A stretch of 64,000 nucleotides of DNA from a bacterium. Its GTDB lineage: Bacteria; Patescibacteriota; Minisyncoccia; Moranbacterales; UBA2206. Location: assembly GCA_030654225.1 (NCBI GenBank), contig JAURXY010000003.1:16056-80055 (forward strand), read 5' to 3'. The position numbers were made by a program, and so were the translations under genes. This document shows positions 9,092 to 19,283 of the stretch, one piece after another. The notes under the pieces were generated by a model. It was not told the DNA's origin and did not search any database. It was given only the letters and a program-made list of their open reading frames with translations. How positions within the stretch are numbered: position 1 is the stretch's first letter; every line of letters starts with the position of its first letter.

Positions 9092-11551
9092 ATGGAAAAA
9101 TATAATCCTGAGATTATTGAGAGAAAATGGCAAAAATATTGGGCTAAAAACCCTGATAATTTTAGCGCTAAAGATGAATCGGGGCAGGAAAAAGCCTTTA
9201 TATTAGACATGTTTCCCTATCCGTCGGGGACAGGGCTTCATGTGGGGCATGTGGAGAGTTATACGGCAACAGACATATATTCAAGGTATCTTCGAATGAA
9301 CGGGAAAAACGTGCTTCATCCACAGGGTTTTGATGCCTTTGGGCTACCGGCGGAAAACTATGCGATAAAGACGGGAATTCATCCAAAAGAGACAATTTCC
9401 AACGCGGTGGAGGTTTTCAAGCGTCAAATTAATTCACTCGGTTTTTCTTATGATTGGTCGCGGGAAGTCAATTCATCAGATCCAAAGTATTATAAATGGA
9501 CACAGTGGTTGTTTTTGTTGTTTTATAAAAATGGTTTGGCGTACAAGAAAAAAGCCAAGGTGAATTGGTGCCCTAAATGTCAAACGGTTCTCGCGAATGA
9601 ACAGGCAGAAAATGGCAAGTGCGAAAGATGCGAATCGGAAGTTATTCAAAAAGATCTTGAGCAATGGTTTTTCAAAATTACCGACTTTGTCGAGGATAAG
9701 GGAAAAACTTCAGGACTACTTTCGGGACTGGAAAAAATTGATTGGCCAAATTCAACAAAATCATTGCAAAAAAATTGGATTGGAAAATCCGTTGGCGCGC
9801 AGTTCAAAATGCAAATTGAAAATACTGATAAGTTTATTGAAGTTTATACTACAAGAATCGATACTGTTTTTGGAATGACTTATGCGGTGGTGGCGCCGGA
9901 ACATGAAATTGTCGCTTCACTCCTCAAAGTCGAAAGTCGAAAGTCAAAAGTGAAAAGGGAAATTCAAAATTTAAAAATAGAAAATTCAGATGAGATAGGG
10001 AAGTATGTGGAAGCTTCAAAGAAAAAAACGGACCTTGATCGAATGGAAGCTAAAGAGAAGACCGGAGTAGAAATTAAGGGGATAAAAGTTATCAACCCAT
10101 TTAATGGTGAGGCGTTGTCACTGTTTGTAGCAGATTATGTTTTGTCGCAATATGGAACAGGAGCGGTGATGGCTGTGCCAGCGCATGACGAACGCGATTT
10201 TGAATTTGCGAAAAAATATAATTTAGAAATTAAAGAAGTTATTTCTGGTGATAAGAAAGACAAAGAAATACTTACTGATGATGGAATTTTGATAAATTCT
10301 ACTGAGTATAATAATTTAGAATCTGGTGAAGCTCGAGAAAAATTGACGGCGTGGCTAGAAGAGAAAAAAATTGGGCAAAGAAAAATAAATTATAAACTTC
10401 GTGATTGGTTGGTAAGTCGTCAAAGGTATTGGGGTGCGCCGATTCCGATAATTTATTGTGAAAAATGCGGTGAAGTGCCGGTGCCGGAAAAAGATTTGCC
10501 GGTTGAACTTCCGGATGATGTGGATTTCAAACCGACTGGAGAGTCTCCGCTAAAATATTCCAAAAAATTTCAAGAAGTTAAATGTCCGAAATGTGGAGGG
10601 GAAGCCAAAAGAGAATCGGATACAATGGATACCTTTGTTTGTTCCAGTTGGTACTATTTGCGCTACGCTGATTCAAAAAATGAAAAAGAATTTGCTTCCA
10701 AAGAAAAATTGGAAAAGTGGCTTCCGGTTGATCTTTATGTTGGCGGAGCGGAACACAGTGTGCTTCATCTTCTCTATGCTAGATTTTTCACCAAGGTTTT
10801 GCATAATTTGGGATACCTAAATTTTGACGAACCATTTTTGAAACTGCGTCACCAAGGAACAATTTTGGCAGAGGATGGAACAAAAATGTCAAAATCAAAA
10901 GGCAATGTAGTCAATCCAGATGATGTAGTGAAAGAATTTGGTGCTGATGCACTGCGAATTTTTGAAATGTTTATGGGACCATTGGAAGATATGAAACCTT
11001 GGCAGACCAAAGGCATTGTGGGCGTGTATAGATTTTTGGAAAAAACATGGAAAATGCAAACAAGAATCAATGATCAAGAAACAGGAGACAGCAAATTAAA
11101 TAATCTAATTCATAAGACTATCAAAAAAGTTGGTAAAGATATTGAAGAAATGAGATTTAATACTGCTATTTCGGCTCTAATGATTCTTGCTAATGAAATG
11201 GAAAAACAAGAAAAAATCCAAATTACTAATTACCAATTACTAATTACACTTTTATCTCCTTTCGCACCTCATCTTGCTGAAGAACTTTGGGAAAAGTTAG
11301 GACACAGTGAATCAATTTTCAAAGAAGAGTGGCCCACATATGATCCGGAAATGATTAAGGACGAAGAAATAGAGCTTATTATTCAAATCAACGGAAAAGT
11401 GCGCGATAAGATAATTGTGAGTGCGGATATTTCAGAAGACGAAGCGAAAACGATTGTGCTTGAAAGAGAAAAAGTTAAAAGTTATATATTGGGAAGGGAA
11501 ATTAGAAAGATCATATTTGTTAAGGGGAGATTAATTAATATTGTTTTTTAG
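9092..11551 (+). CDS. leuS: Leucyl-tRNA synthetase
   Basis: 819 aa with a HIGH-type motif (PYPSGTGLHVGHVESY), KMSKS, and editing and anticodon-binding regions collinear with LeuRS. Confidence 0.95.
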   Translation: MEKYNPEIIERKWQKYWAKNPDNFSAKDESGQEKAFILDMFPYPSGTGLHVGHVESYTATDIYSRYLRMNGKNVLHPQGFDAFGLPAENYAIKTGIHPKETISNAVEVFKRQINSLGFSYDWSREVNSSDPKYYKWTQWLFLLFYKNGLAYKKKAKVNWCPKCQTVLANEQAENGKCERCESEVIQKDLEQWFFKITDFVEDKGKTSGLLSGLEKIDWPNSTKSLQKNWIGKSVGAQFKMQIENTDKFIEVYTTRIDTVFGMTYAVVAPEHEIVASLLKVESRKSKVKREIQNLKIENSDEIGKYVEASKKKTDLDRMEAKEKTGVEIKGIKVINPFNGEALSLFVADYVLSQYGTGAVMAVPAHDERDFEFAKKYNLEIKEVISGDKKDKEILTDDGILINSTEYNNLESGEAREKLTAWLEEKKIGQRKINYKLRDWLVSRQRYWGAPIPIIYCEKCGEVPVPEKDLPVELPDDVDFKPTGESPLKYSKKFQEVKCPKCGGEAKRESDTMDTFVCSSWYYLRYADSKNEKEFASKEKLEKWLPVDLYVGGAEHSVLHLLYARFFTKVLHNLGYLNFDEPFLKLRHQGTILAEDGTKMSKSKGNVVNPDDVVKEFGADALRIFEMFMGPLEDMKPWQTKGIVGVYRFLEKTWKMQTRINDQETGDSKLNNLIHKTIKKVGKDIEEMRFNTAISALMILANEMEKQEKIQITNYQLLITLLSPFAPHLAEELWEKLGHSESIFKEEWPTYDPEMIKDEEIELIIQINGKVRDKIIVSADISEDEAKTIVLEREKVKSYILGREIRKIIFVKGRLINIVF

Positions 11552-11623
11552 CAATGAACAATGAACAATGAACAATGAACAATAAATTCATTGATCTTTG
11601 ATCCTTGATTCTTGATCATTGAT
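11552..11623. repeat. Tandem short repeats (CAATGAA x4, then CTTGAT-type repeats) in the leuS-NTase spacer
   Basis: gcaatgaacaatgaacaatgaacaatgaacaataaattcattgatctttgatccttgattcttgatcattgat, read directly. The halves are partially reverse-complementary. Confidence 0.8.
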
Positions 11624-12304
11624 ATGCAAGCAGTCATACTCGCAGCGGGTCGGGGGAAAAGAATGGGAAATTTGACAATGGCCACAACTAAGCCGATGCT
11701 CAAAATCAAAGGTAAACCGATTTTGGAGCATAAAATAAATGCTTTGCCAAAGAAAATCAAAGAAATTATTTTTATCGTGGGCTATCGAAGTATGGATATA
11801 ATCTCGCATTTCAAAAGATATTATGGTGGTCGCAGAATTATTTATGTTTTTCAAACAAATCTAAATGGGACAGGCGGAGCGATTCATTTGGCTAAGAGTA
11901 TTTTGCGCGATAATTTTTTAGTTATATATGGTGATGATCTTTATAGTAAAAAGGATATTCAAAAAATGCTGAAACATGATTTGGCAGTGCTTGCTAAGGA
12001 AGTGGATGATCCGAGCAAGTTTGGTATTATTAAAAAAAATAAAAAAGGACATATTTTAGATATTATTGAAAAGCCTAAAAAATCAAAAGATAACTTAGCT
12101 GCTACGGGCGTGTTTATGTTAAACCGAAGTTTTTTTGATTACGAGTTAGTTTCTGTCGGCAATGGAGAATTTGGACTGCCGCAAACTATGGCTAAAATGG
12201 CAAAGGACCATAAGATAAAAGTGGAAAAAGCCACATATTGGCACGCCATTGGCAATCCGGAAGATTTAAAAAAAGCAGAAAAAGTTTTGCATAAATTTAT
12301 TTAA
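11624..12304 (+). CDS. Sugar-phosphate nucleotidyltransferase (GlmU N-terminal/RmlA-like NTP-transferase domain)
   Basis: MQAVILAAGRGKRMG...KPML (G-x-G-x-R NTP-transferase signature). The ATG at 11624 is preferred over the TTG at 11612. Sits directly upstream of glmM-glmS. Confidence 0.7.
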   Translation: MQAVILAAGRGKRMGNLTMATTKPMLKIKGKPILEHKINALPKKIKEIIFIVGYRSMDIISHFKRYYGGRRIIYVFQTNLNGTGGAIHLAKSILRDNFLVIYGDDLYSKKDIQKMLKHDLAVLAKEVDDPSKFGIIKKNKKGHILDIIEKPKKSKDNLAATGVFMLNRSFFDYELVSVGNGEFGLPQTMAKMAKDHKIKVEKATYWHAIGNPEDLKKAEKVLHKFI

Positions 12305-12308
12305 TTCT

Positions 12309-13649
12309 ATGAAATTATTTGGCACTGATGGAATTAGAGCTTTGGTAAATGAAGAAATAATGAGTCCAGAAATGGGAGTTAAAATGGGAATAGCTCTTGT
12401 TTTATATTGTCAAAAAAGAAATGCGCCTCTCAAAATTGTCATCGGACGAGACACACGAGAGTCGGGCGTGATGTTGGAAGAAGCGATAATTTGCGGAATA
12501 ATTTCTATGGGCGGGACAGCAGTTTTGGCCGGAATAATTCCAACTCCTGGTGTGGCCTATTCAGTTGGCGAAGAAAAGGCTGGCGCAGGAATAGTAATTT
12601 CTGCTTCGCATAATTCTTTTGAATATAATGGGCTAAAGCCTTTCAATGATGACGGCACAAAACTTACCGATGAAGAAGAATCGGAGTTGCAAAAATATAT
12701 TTTGGAAAGATCGGCAAAAAAAACAGGAACGAATTTTGTTTTGGGTCAAAAAATAATCCTAACTGATGCCAAAGAGAAATATGCAAATTTTCTCCTAAGC
12801 AAAGTTTCTAATTTAGAATTAGGCAATTTGAAAATAGTTTTAGATTGTGCTAATGGGGCGACATATGAAATAGCGTCAAAGGTATTTGGAAAAAAAGCAG
12901 AAGTCACAGAAGTTCTTTTCGCTAGTCCAAACGGAAAAAATATCAATAGTAATTGCGGTTCGCAACACATTGAAACGCTTAGGAAAAAAGTTATTGAAAA
13001 AAAAGCGGATCTTGGTTTGGCTTTTGATGGTGATGGGGACAGACTGATTGTAATTGATGAAAAAGGCAATGCGCTAAATGGCGATCAGATAATTTATCTT
13101 ATTGCTAAGATGATGCAGAAAAAAGGAGAATTGAAAAATGAGGCTGTTGTCACGACAGTTATGAGCAATATCGGATTTATCAGTAGTTTGAAAAAAATTG
13201 GAATTAAACATTTTGTTGCTGGTGTAGGTGATCGACAAGTCTCACAAGAGATGAAAAAAAGAGAAATTATTCTTGGCGGAGAAGAATCTGGCCATATTAT
13301 TATGTCTAATTTTCAACCAACAGGTGATGGAATCGCTTCGGGACTAATGTTGATTTCGGCGATAAATTATTTTAACGAAAAATTATCCAAACTAACTCAA
13401 GAAATAGTTTTATTTCCAAAAATTTTGGTCAATGTTTTGGTGAAAAATAAGCCCGAACTAGAAACTGTTCCTGAGATTATGGAGATTATAAGAAAAATAG
13501 AAAATATTTTAGGAGAGAATGGACGCGTGCTTGTGAGATATTCTGGCACGGAAAATTTGTGTCGAGTTATGATTGAAGGAAGAAACAAGGAAGAAATCAA
13601 AAATTACGCTGATCAAATTGTTAGGGTTATAAATAATCTTTTAAATTAA
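12309..13649 (+). CDS. glmM: Phosphoglucosamine mutase / phosphohexomutase
   Basis: LFGTDGIRA at the N-terminus and an SASHNS active-site serine loop. 446 aa alpha-D-phosphohexomutase architecture. Confidence 0.85.
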   Translation: MKLFGTDGIRALVNEEIMSPEMGVKMGIALVLYCQKRNAPLKIVIGRDTRESGVMLEEAIICGIISMGGTAVLAGIIPTPGVAYSVGEEKAGAGIVISASHNSFEYNGLKPFNDDGTKLTDEEESELQKYILERSAKKTGTNFVLGQKIILTDAKEKYANFLLSKVSNLELGNLKIVLDCANGATYEIASKVFGKKAEVTEVLFASPNGKNINSNCGSQHIETLRKKVIEKKADLGLAFDGDGDRLIVIDEKGNALNGDQIIYLIAKMMQKKGELKNEAVVTTVMSNIGFISSLKKIGIKHFVAGVGDRQVSQEMKKREIILGGEESGHIIMSNFQPTGDGIASGLMLISAINYFNEKLSKLTQEIVLFPKILVNVLVKNKPELETVPEIMEIIRKIENILGENGRVLVRYSGTENLCRVMIEGRNKEEIKNYADQIVRVINNLLN

Positions 13650-13661
13650 AAATAAAATATT

Positions 13662-15542
13662 ATGTGTGGAATTATTGCATATATTGGAAAACAAAAAGCT
13701 GTGCCGATTCTTTTAGAAGGACTCAAACAGCTGGAGTATCGTGGTTATGATAGCGCAGGAATTTCGGTTATTCAAAATGAAAAAATAATTACTTTGAAAG
13801 CAGTGGGGAAAGTAGTGGAATTGCAAAATAAAATTGGAGCACAAGATTTTCTCGGGAAAATTGGTATCGCTCATACTCGCTGGGCGACGCATGGCAAGCC
13901 AAGCGACAGAAATTCTCATCCGCATGGGGATTGCGAGAGTAATATTTTCTTGGTGCATAATGGAATAATTGAAAACTATCAAGATCTCAAAAAAATACTT
14001 CAAAAGAAAAAACATAAATTTGTTTCTGAAACTGATTCAGAAGTTTTGGCCCATCTCATTGAGGAATTTAACAAAAAACCCGCCTCGACTCGCGGGGACG
14101 CTTCGTCGACGCGAGGCGGGCTAGATTTCAAAAAATCAGTGCTGGAAGCTTTGAAACTTGTTCGGGGAACTTATGGCTTGGCGATTATAAATAAAAATGA
14201 GCCGGACAAGATAATCATTGCCAGAAATGGTTCTCCATTGATTTTGGGAATTGGCAAAGATGAATTTATCGTGGCGTCGGATGCTAGCGCTATTGTGCGC
14301 CACACCGACAAGGTGATTTATTTAGATGATGGAGAGATGGCTCAGATTAGTGCGGATGGTTTTGAAATTAGCAATATTAAAAACAAAATTGTTAGCAAAG
14401 AAATTTCCAAATTAAATTGGACACTGGAAGAATCAAAAAAGGGAGGATTTCCACATTTTATGCTCAAGGAAATTTTTGAGCAACCGGAAGTAATTGCCAA
14501 TGGTCTTCGTGGCAGAGTGGAACATTTTTTGTCGGAGGATAATTTTCCAATTCTTGGCGGGCTTCGTCCAATTGAAAAGAAATTGCGACGGATTAAAAAA
14601 ATTATCATTGTGGCTTGTGGCACTTCCTATTATTCCGGATTGGTGGGGGAATATATGCTCGAAGAATATGCTGGCATTCCAACGGAAGTGGAATACGCCA
14701 GCGAGTTTCGTTATCGAAAACCAATTCTAGATTCTTCGACAGCTGTAGTGGCTATTTCTCAATCAGGTGAAACAGCGGACACATTGGCGGCCATTCGTGA
14801 AGCTAAAAACAAGGGAGCGCTGACACTGGGAATTGTGAATGTGGTTGGTTCAACAATTGCGCGCGAAACTGATGCAGGAACGCATACACTATCTGGCCCT
14901 GAAATTGGAGTGGCTTCGACCAAAGCTTTCACTACACAGCTTGTAGTTTTGGTGCTGTGGACTTTGATGCTCGGACGACAAAGGGATATGTCGAGTGTAA
15001 TGAGCAAGAGAATTGCGCAGGAGCTAAAAAATATGCCAAAACTCATTGAGGGAATTTTGAAAAAATCAAAAGAAATAAAAAAGATTGCCAAGAAATATTC
15101 ATATGCCAAAGATTTTTTGTATCTTGGTAGGAAATATAACTTTCCAATTGCGTTGGAAGGAGCTTTGAAAATAAAAGAAATTTCCTATGTGCACGCAGAA
15201 GGATATGCGACAGGGGAGATGAAGCACGGACCGATTGCTCTCATTGAAGAAAATTTTCCTTCAATTTTCATTTGCCCGAAAGACAGTGTCTATGAAAAAA
15301 ATATTTCTGGTATGCAAGAAATAAAAGCGCGCGGTGGAAAAATAATTGCCATTGCCACGACGGGCGACAAAGAAATTGCGCGTATTGCCGATGACGTAAT
15401 TTATATTCCAAAAACTTTGGAAATGCTCACACCATTTATCTCGGTTATTCCTTTGCAACTTTTCGCCTATTATTTTGGTGTGGCCAAAGGATATGATGTG
15501 GACAAGCCAAGGAATCTTGCTAAATCAGTGACGGTGGAATAA
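13662..15542 (+). CDS. glmS: Glutamine--fructose-6-phosphate aminotransferase
   Basis: MCGIIAYIG (N-terminal Cys nucleophile) followed by two SIS domains, ending ..KSVTVE. Contains an in-frame GC-rich palindromic insertion encoding KKPASTRGDASSTRGGLD. Confidence 0.95.
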   Translation: MCGIIAYIGKQKAVPILLEGLKQLEYRGYDSAGISVIQNEKIITLKAVGKVVELQNKIGAQDFLGKIGIAHTRWATHGKPSDRNSHPHGDCESNIFLVHNGIIENYQDLKKILQKKKHKFVSETDSEVLAHLIEEFNKKPASTRGDASSTRGGLDFKKSVLEALKLVRGTYGLAIINKNEPDKIIIARNGSPLILGIGKDEFIVASDASAIVRHTDKVIYLDDGEMAQISADGFEISNIKNKIVSKEISKLNWTLEESKKGGFPHFMLKEIFEQPEVIANGLRGRVEHFLSEDNFPILGGLRPIEKKLRRIKKIIIVACGTSYYSGLVGEYMLEEYAGIPTEVEYASEFRYRKPILDSSTAVVAISQSGETADTLAAIREAKNKGALTLGIVNVVGSTIARETDAGTHTLSGPEIGVASTKAFTTQLVVLVLWTLMLGRQRDMSSVMSKRIAQELKNMPKLIEGILKKSKEIKKIAKKYSYAKDFLYLGRKYNFPIALEGALKIKEISYVHAEGYATGEMKHGPIALIEENFPSIFICPKDSVYEKNISGMQEIKARGGKIIAIATTGDKEIARIADDVIYIPKTLEMLTPFISVIPLQLFAYYFGVAKGYDVDKPRNLAKSVTVE

Positions 15543-15544
15543 TT

Positions 15545-15907
15545 ATGGATATTAGCTCAATCAAAAACACCCGAGAATTTTTTTGGACCAATCATTCTAA
15601 ATATAAACTTCTTCAATATGGCTTGAGTCCGACGGCAGTCAAGAGTGTTATCAGGCGACCTGATCGAACTGAAACCGGCATCGCGCCCAAAACTACGGCG
15701 GTGATGAAAAGGAAAGACACGAAAAAAACTAAAAAAGAGGTTTGGGTGATGATACAGAAACAAGGAACAAGAAACAAGGAACAAGAAACAAAAGAAAAAA
15801 ATACATCAAAAACAAAAATAATCTCGGCGTGGATTTATCCGGGGGTGAGTCCGAAAGGCAAGGATATTTATGTGCCGGAGGATGCGTGGGAGGCGCTCGA
15901 GATATAA
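15545..15907 (+). CDS. Hypothetical protein with low-complexity K/E/Q-rich insert
   Basis: 120 aa ORF translationally coupled to glmS. The insert QKQGTRNKEQETKEKNTSKTK is encoded by the acaaggaacaagaaacaag repeat. Confidence 0.4.
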   Translation: MDISSIKNTREFFWTNHSKYKLLQYGLSPTAVKSVIRRPDRTETGIAPKTTAVMKRKDTKKTKKEVWVMIQKQGTRNKEQETKEKNTSKTKIISAWIYPGVSPKGKDIYVPEDAWEALEI

Positions 15908-15928
15908 TTTTTTGTTTTTAATTAACTC

Positions 15929-16002
15929 GAATGCGCATTTTTTATCTAAAATTTTTCTAAGTTAATGGCTGATACGAAAAATTTTAGAAAAAATCCGCAT
16001 TC
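15929..16002. repeat. Long imperfect inverted repeat (~26-bp arms, 20-nt loop) in the intergenic region
   Basis: Left arm gaatgcgcattttttatctaaaattttt; right arm aaaaattttagaaaaaatccgcattc (its reverse complement with 3 mismatches). Confidence 0.7.
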
Positions 16003-16155
16003 TCAAACAGGAATTAAAAACAAAAAATTATCCCCCTCGCTTATATAGATAGGAAATGTTCAAGATTAACTCTTAAAATAGAGTTGAATTTTTTTGAAAA
16101 AATTGAAATTTCAAATTATGGCTTTATTTAAGGTAAAAAACTATATAGAATACTT

Positions 16156-17235
16156 ATGAATATCCAAAAAATCGAACAAATTCTAAAAGATCAGAAACAA
16201 CCAAAATTTCGGTTGGGGCAGATAAAAAAGGCCGTCTATCAAGATGGGATTTCGAGTTTTTCGGAAATTTCGACGATTCCGAAAGAGTTGAGAAGCGTTT
16301 TGGAAAAAGAGAAAATACTTTCATTTGAGGTGGAAAAGGTCTTGGTTTCCAAAGATGGTAATTCGGCTAAGGCACTCGTGAAATTGTCCGATGGCAACAA
16401 AATTGAAACAGTTTTGATTTCTCCAAAAGTTGATATTTGGTCAGTCTGCATTTCTTGCCAAGTTGGTTGTCCAATGAGTTGCGCTTTTTGTGCGACAGGG
16501 CAAGCGGGATTCAAAAGAAATTTGACGGCCGAAGAAATTGTTGATCAGGTTTTGTTTTGGAAACAATATTTGAAAAATGATTCAGCCCGCCCCCTCTCCT
16601 GTCGCGAGTACGCGACATCCTCTCCCAAAGGGAGAGGAGGCATATTGAATAATGTCGTCTATATGGGGATGGGGGAACCGTTTTTGAATTGGGAAGAGGT
16701 TTTAGAAAGTTTGAAAATATTATCTGATCCAAAAGGTATGGCTTTTGGTTCGCGTTCAATTTCAATTTCGACAGTGGGAATCCCTGGCGGGATAGAAAAA
16801 TTAACCGAAGATTTCCCACAAGTGAATCTGGCAGTGTCATTGCATTTTTCCCAAGATGAAAAAAGAGATGAGTTTATGCCGGCGAATAAAAATCTAAGTT
16901 TGGAAAAATTGAAAATTGAGTTGGAAAAATATTTCCAGATATCTAATCGAAAAGTTTTTTTGGAATATATTCTGTTTTCCAAAATTAATGATAGTGAGAA
17001 AGATGCTAAAAATTTATTAAAATATATTAACTCTTTCAAAAAATCGCAACTTTTGCATGTAAATTTGATTCGATACAATTCAACAGATAGTAAAGATAAG
17101 TTCATTTCTTCTAGCGCGGAACAAACCGTGAAATTTAGAAATTATCTACTTGAGAATAAAATTAACTGCACAATCAGAAGAAGCCTTGGTGCAGACATCG
17201 AAGGGGCTTGTGGGCAATTAGCAGGAAAAAAATAA
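16156..17235 (+). CDS. rlmN: 23S rRNA (adenine2503-C2)-methyltransferase, radical SAM
   Basis: CISCQVGCPMSCAFCATGQAGFKRNLTAEEI (CxxxCxxC radical-SAM motif plus the RlmN context) and C-terminal ..GACGQL. Contains an in-frame GC-rich palindromic insertion encoding SARPLSCREYATSSPKGRGG. Confidence 0.9.
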   Translation: MNIQKIEQILKDQKQPKFRLGQIKKAVYQDGISSFSEISTIPKELRSVLEKEKILSFEVEKVLVSKDGNSAKALVKLSDGNKIETVLISPKVDIWSVCISCQVGCPMSCAFCATGQAGFKRNLTAEEIVDQVLFWKQYLKNDSARPLSCREYATSSPKGRGGILNNVVYMGMGEPFLNWEEVLESLKILSDPKGMAFGSRSISISTVGIPGGIEKLTEDFPQVNLAVSLHFSQDEKRDEFMPANKNLSLEKLKIELEKYFQISNRKVFLEYILFSKINDSEKDAKNLLKYINSFKKSQLLHVNLIRYNSTDSKDKFISSSAEQTVKFRNYLLENKINCTIRRSLGADIEGACGQLAGKK

Positions 17236-17337
17236 AATCATTATATCACTTTTGTATTTTCTGTAATAAATTATGATGAACAATATTTTGCGGTCGCAAG
17301 AAATTGTTAATCACTATTTAAAGGGCAATGGCAAAAC

Positions 17338-17399
17338 AGAAGCTAAGCTTCGGGCTAACCCGAAGATTAGCTTCTGGAAGTTGATTGATTTCCTTTTTT
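17338..17399 (+). other. Nested perfect hairpin followed (after a gap) by a T-run. Terminator or structured leader between rlmN and dxs
   Basis: agaagctaa-gcttcggg-ctaa-cccgaag-a-ttagcttct (9-bp outer and 7-bp inner stems). ttcctttttt lies 18 nt downstream. Confidence 0.35.
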
Positions 17400-17414
17400 A
17401 GCGTAGAATAAAGA

Positions 17415-19283
17415 TTGCAAAATATGGAAGAAAAAAAGGCTAAAAAAATATTAGATGATATTAACTTTCCGGCGGATTTGAAAAAAACTCCGCCAGAAAA
17501 ATTGCCGGAACTTTGCGAAGAAGTCCGCAATTTTTTGATTGAGAGCGTTTCGCAATCTGGCGGACATTTTGGTTCAAATCTTGGAGTGGTGGAGCTCACA
17601 GTGGCTCTGCATTATACTTTTGATACCCCAAAAGACATTTTGATTTGGGATGTGGGTCATCAAGCTTATCCGCATAAAATGCTTACGGGGAGAAAAGATA
17701 AACTACATACTATTAGAAAATATGGCGGATTAGCCCCTTTTCCCAAAAAAACCGAAAGTGAATACGATGCGTGTAGTGTCGGTCACACTAGCACCTCAAT
17801 TAGTTCTGCTTGCGGTATGGCGCTTGCCAATAGAAACAAAAAAAATGCCCCACAAATTGTGGCAGTGATTGGAGATGGCGCACTGGCTGGAGGGATGGCG
17901 TTTGAAGCATTGAATCACGCGGGGGATGTTGGTGTCGATATGCTAGTGGTGCTCAACGACAATAAAATGTCGATTTCGCCCAATGTGGGTGGTTTGGAAA
18001 AATATCTGACAAAAATAATTTCATCATCTTCTTTTGTGAGCGTGCGCGAAAAAGGGCGGAAATTTTTCGGTCGGGTTCCAATTCTGGAAAAATTTTTGCG
18101 TCGAGCAGAAAAACAAGCCAAGGGAATGTTGGTGCCTTCCACGCTTTTTGAACAACTAGGTTTTGAATATTATGGGCCAATTGATGGGCATGATGTGAAA
18201 AATTTGGTGGAAGTTCTATCCAATCTAAAAAAGATTAGGGGTCCAAAATTTTTGCATGTAGTGACGACAAAGGGTAAGGGGTATGCGCAGGCCGAAAAGG
18301 ATGAATTTTCTTTGCACGCGGTGGCGCCTTTTGACTTGGAGACTGGCAAAAAAAATGGCAGTAGTACCAAAAAAATAACTTTCTCAGATGTTTTTTCTGA
18401 TTGGATTTGTGAAAAAGCGAGAAAAGATGAAAAGCTTCAGGCGATTACACCGGCAATGTGCGAGGGTTCAGGCCTTTCACAGTTTCGCAAAATTTTCCCT
18501 GAGCGTTTTCACGATGTAGGAATCGCTGAACAACACGCCGTCACTTTTTCGGCGGGTCTTTCTGCGCAAGGAGCCAAGCCGGTCGTTTCAATTTATTCTT
18601 CTTTTCTGCAAAGAGCCTATGATCAAATTATTCATGACGTGGCTTTGGAAAATATGGATGTGCTTTTTGCAATTGACAGAGCGGGCGTTGTGGGGCCGGA
18701 TGGTGCGACTCATAATGGCAGTTTTGATCTTTCATTTCTTCGGGCGGTCCCAAATTTAGTCATTATGGCGCCATCCTGCGAAAATGAATGCTTTGCTATG
18801 CTCAGTGCCGGATATAAGCATAAAGGGCCGGCGGTGGTGCGTTATCCTCGAGGAGGCGGAAGCGGAAAATATAATCAAGAGAAATATAATTCTCTCGAAA
18901 TTGGCAAAGCGAAAATTATTAGAGAAGGAAAAAAGGTGGCGATTTTGTCTTTTGGCACGATGCTAGAAAATTGCAAAAAAAACGCGGAAGAACTGGACGC
19001 GACCTTGGTGGACATGCGATTTGTCAAACCACTGGATGAAGAAATGCTGAAAAATTTAGCCGAGACGCATAAATATTTTGTCACCATCGAAGACAATACA
19101 ATTGCTGGCGGAGCAGGTAGTGCGGTTAACGAATTTTTAGCCAAAGAAAATTTGAAAGTGAAAGTTAAAAATCTTGGTCTTCCCGATAAATTTCTCGAAC
19201 ACGGAACCCGCGAAGAACTTCTCAAAGAAATTGGACTCGACGAAGAGGGGATTTTGAGAGTGGTTAAGAGTTTTATTTTATAA
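17415..19283 (+). CDS. dxs: 1-deoxy-D-xylulose-5-phosphate synthase
   Basis: 622 aa. GGHFGSNLGVVELTVALHYTFDTPKDILIWDVGHQAYPHK is the DXS TPP-binding N-terminal signature, followed by transketolase-like pyrimidine and C-terminal domains. Confidence 0.95.
   Translation: MQNMEEKKAKKILDDINFPADLKKTPPEKLPELCEEVRNFLIESVSQSGGHFGSNLGVVELTVALHYTFDTPKDILIWDVGHQAYPHKMLTGRKDKLHTIRKYGGLAPFPKKTESEYDACSVGHTSTSISSACGMALANRNKKNAPQIVAVIGDGALAGGMAFEALNHAGDVGVDMLVVLNDNKMSISPNVGGLEKYLTKIISSSSFVSVREKGRKFFGRVPILEKFLRRAEKQAKGMLVPSTLFEQLGFEYYGPIDGHDVKNLVEVLSNLKKIRGPKFLHVVTTKGKGYAQAEKDEFSLHAVAPFDLETGKKNGSSTKKITFSDVFSDWICEKARKDEKLQAITPAMCEGSGLSQFRKIFPERFHDVGIAEQHAVTFSAGLSAQGAKPVVSIYSSFLQRAYDQIIHDVALENMDVLFAIDRAGVVGPDGATHNGSFDLSFLRAVPNLVIMAPSCENECFAMLSAGYKHKGPAVVRYPRGGGSGKYNQEKYNSLEIGKAKIIREGKKVAILSFGTMLENCKKNAEELDATLVDMRFVKPLDEEMLKNLAETHKYFVTIEDNTIAGGAGSAVNEFLAKENLKVKVKNLGLPDKFLEHGTREELLKEIGLDEEGILRVVKSFIL

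Noticed and set aside
11552-11623. Possible CRISPR array (short direct repeats)
   Set aside because: Repeat units are only 6-7 bp with no spacers. There is no repeat-spacer periodicity and no cas genes anywhere in the window.
16585-16640. GC-rich insert in rlmN as a possible intein or frameshift
   Set aside because: It is too short (about 18 codons) and the reading frame is maintained with conserved RlmN sequence on both sides. It is interpreted as an in-frame palindromic element instead.
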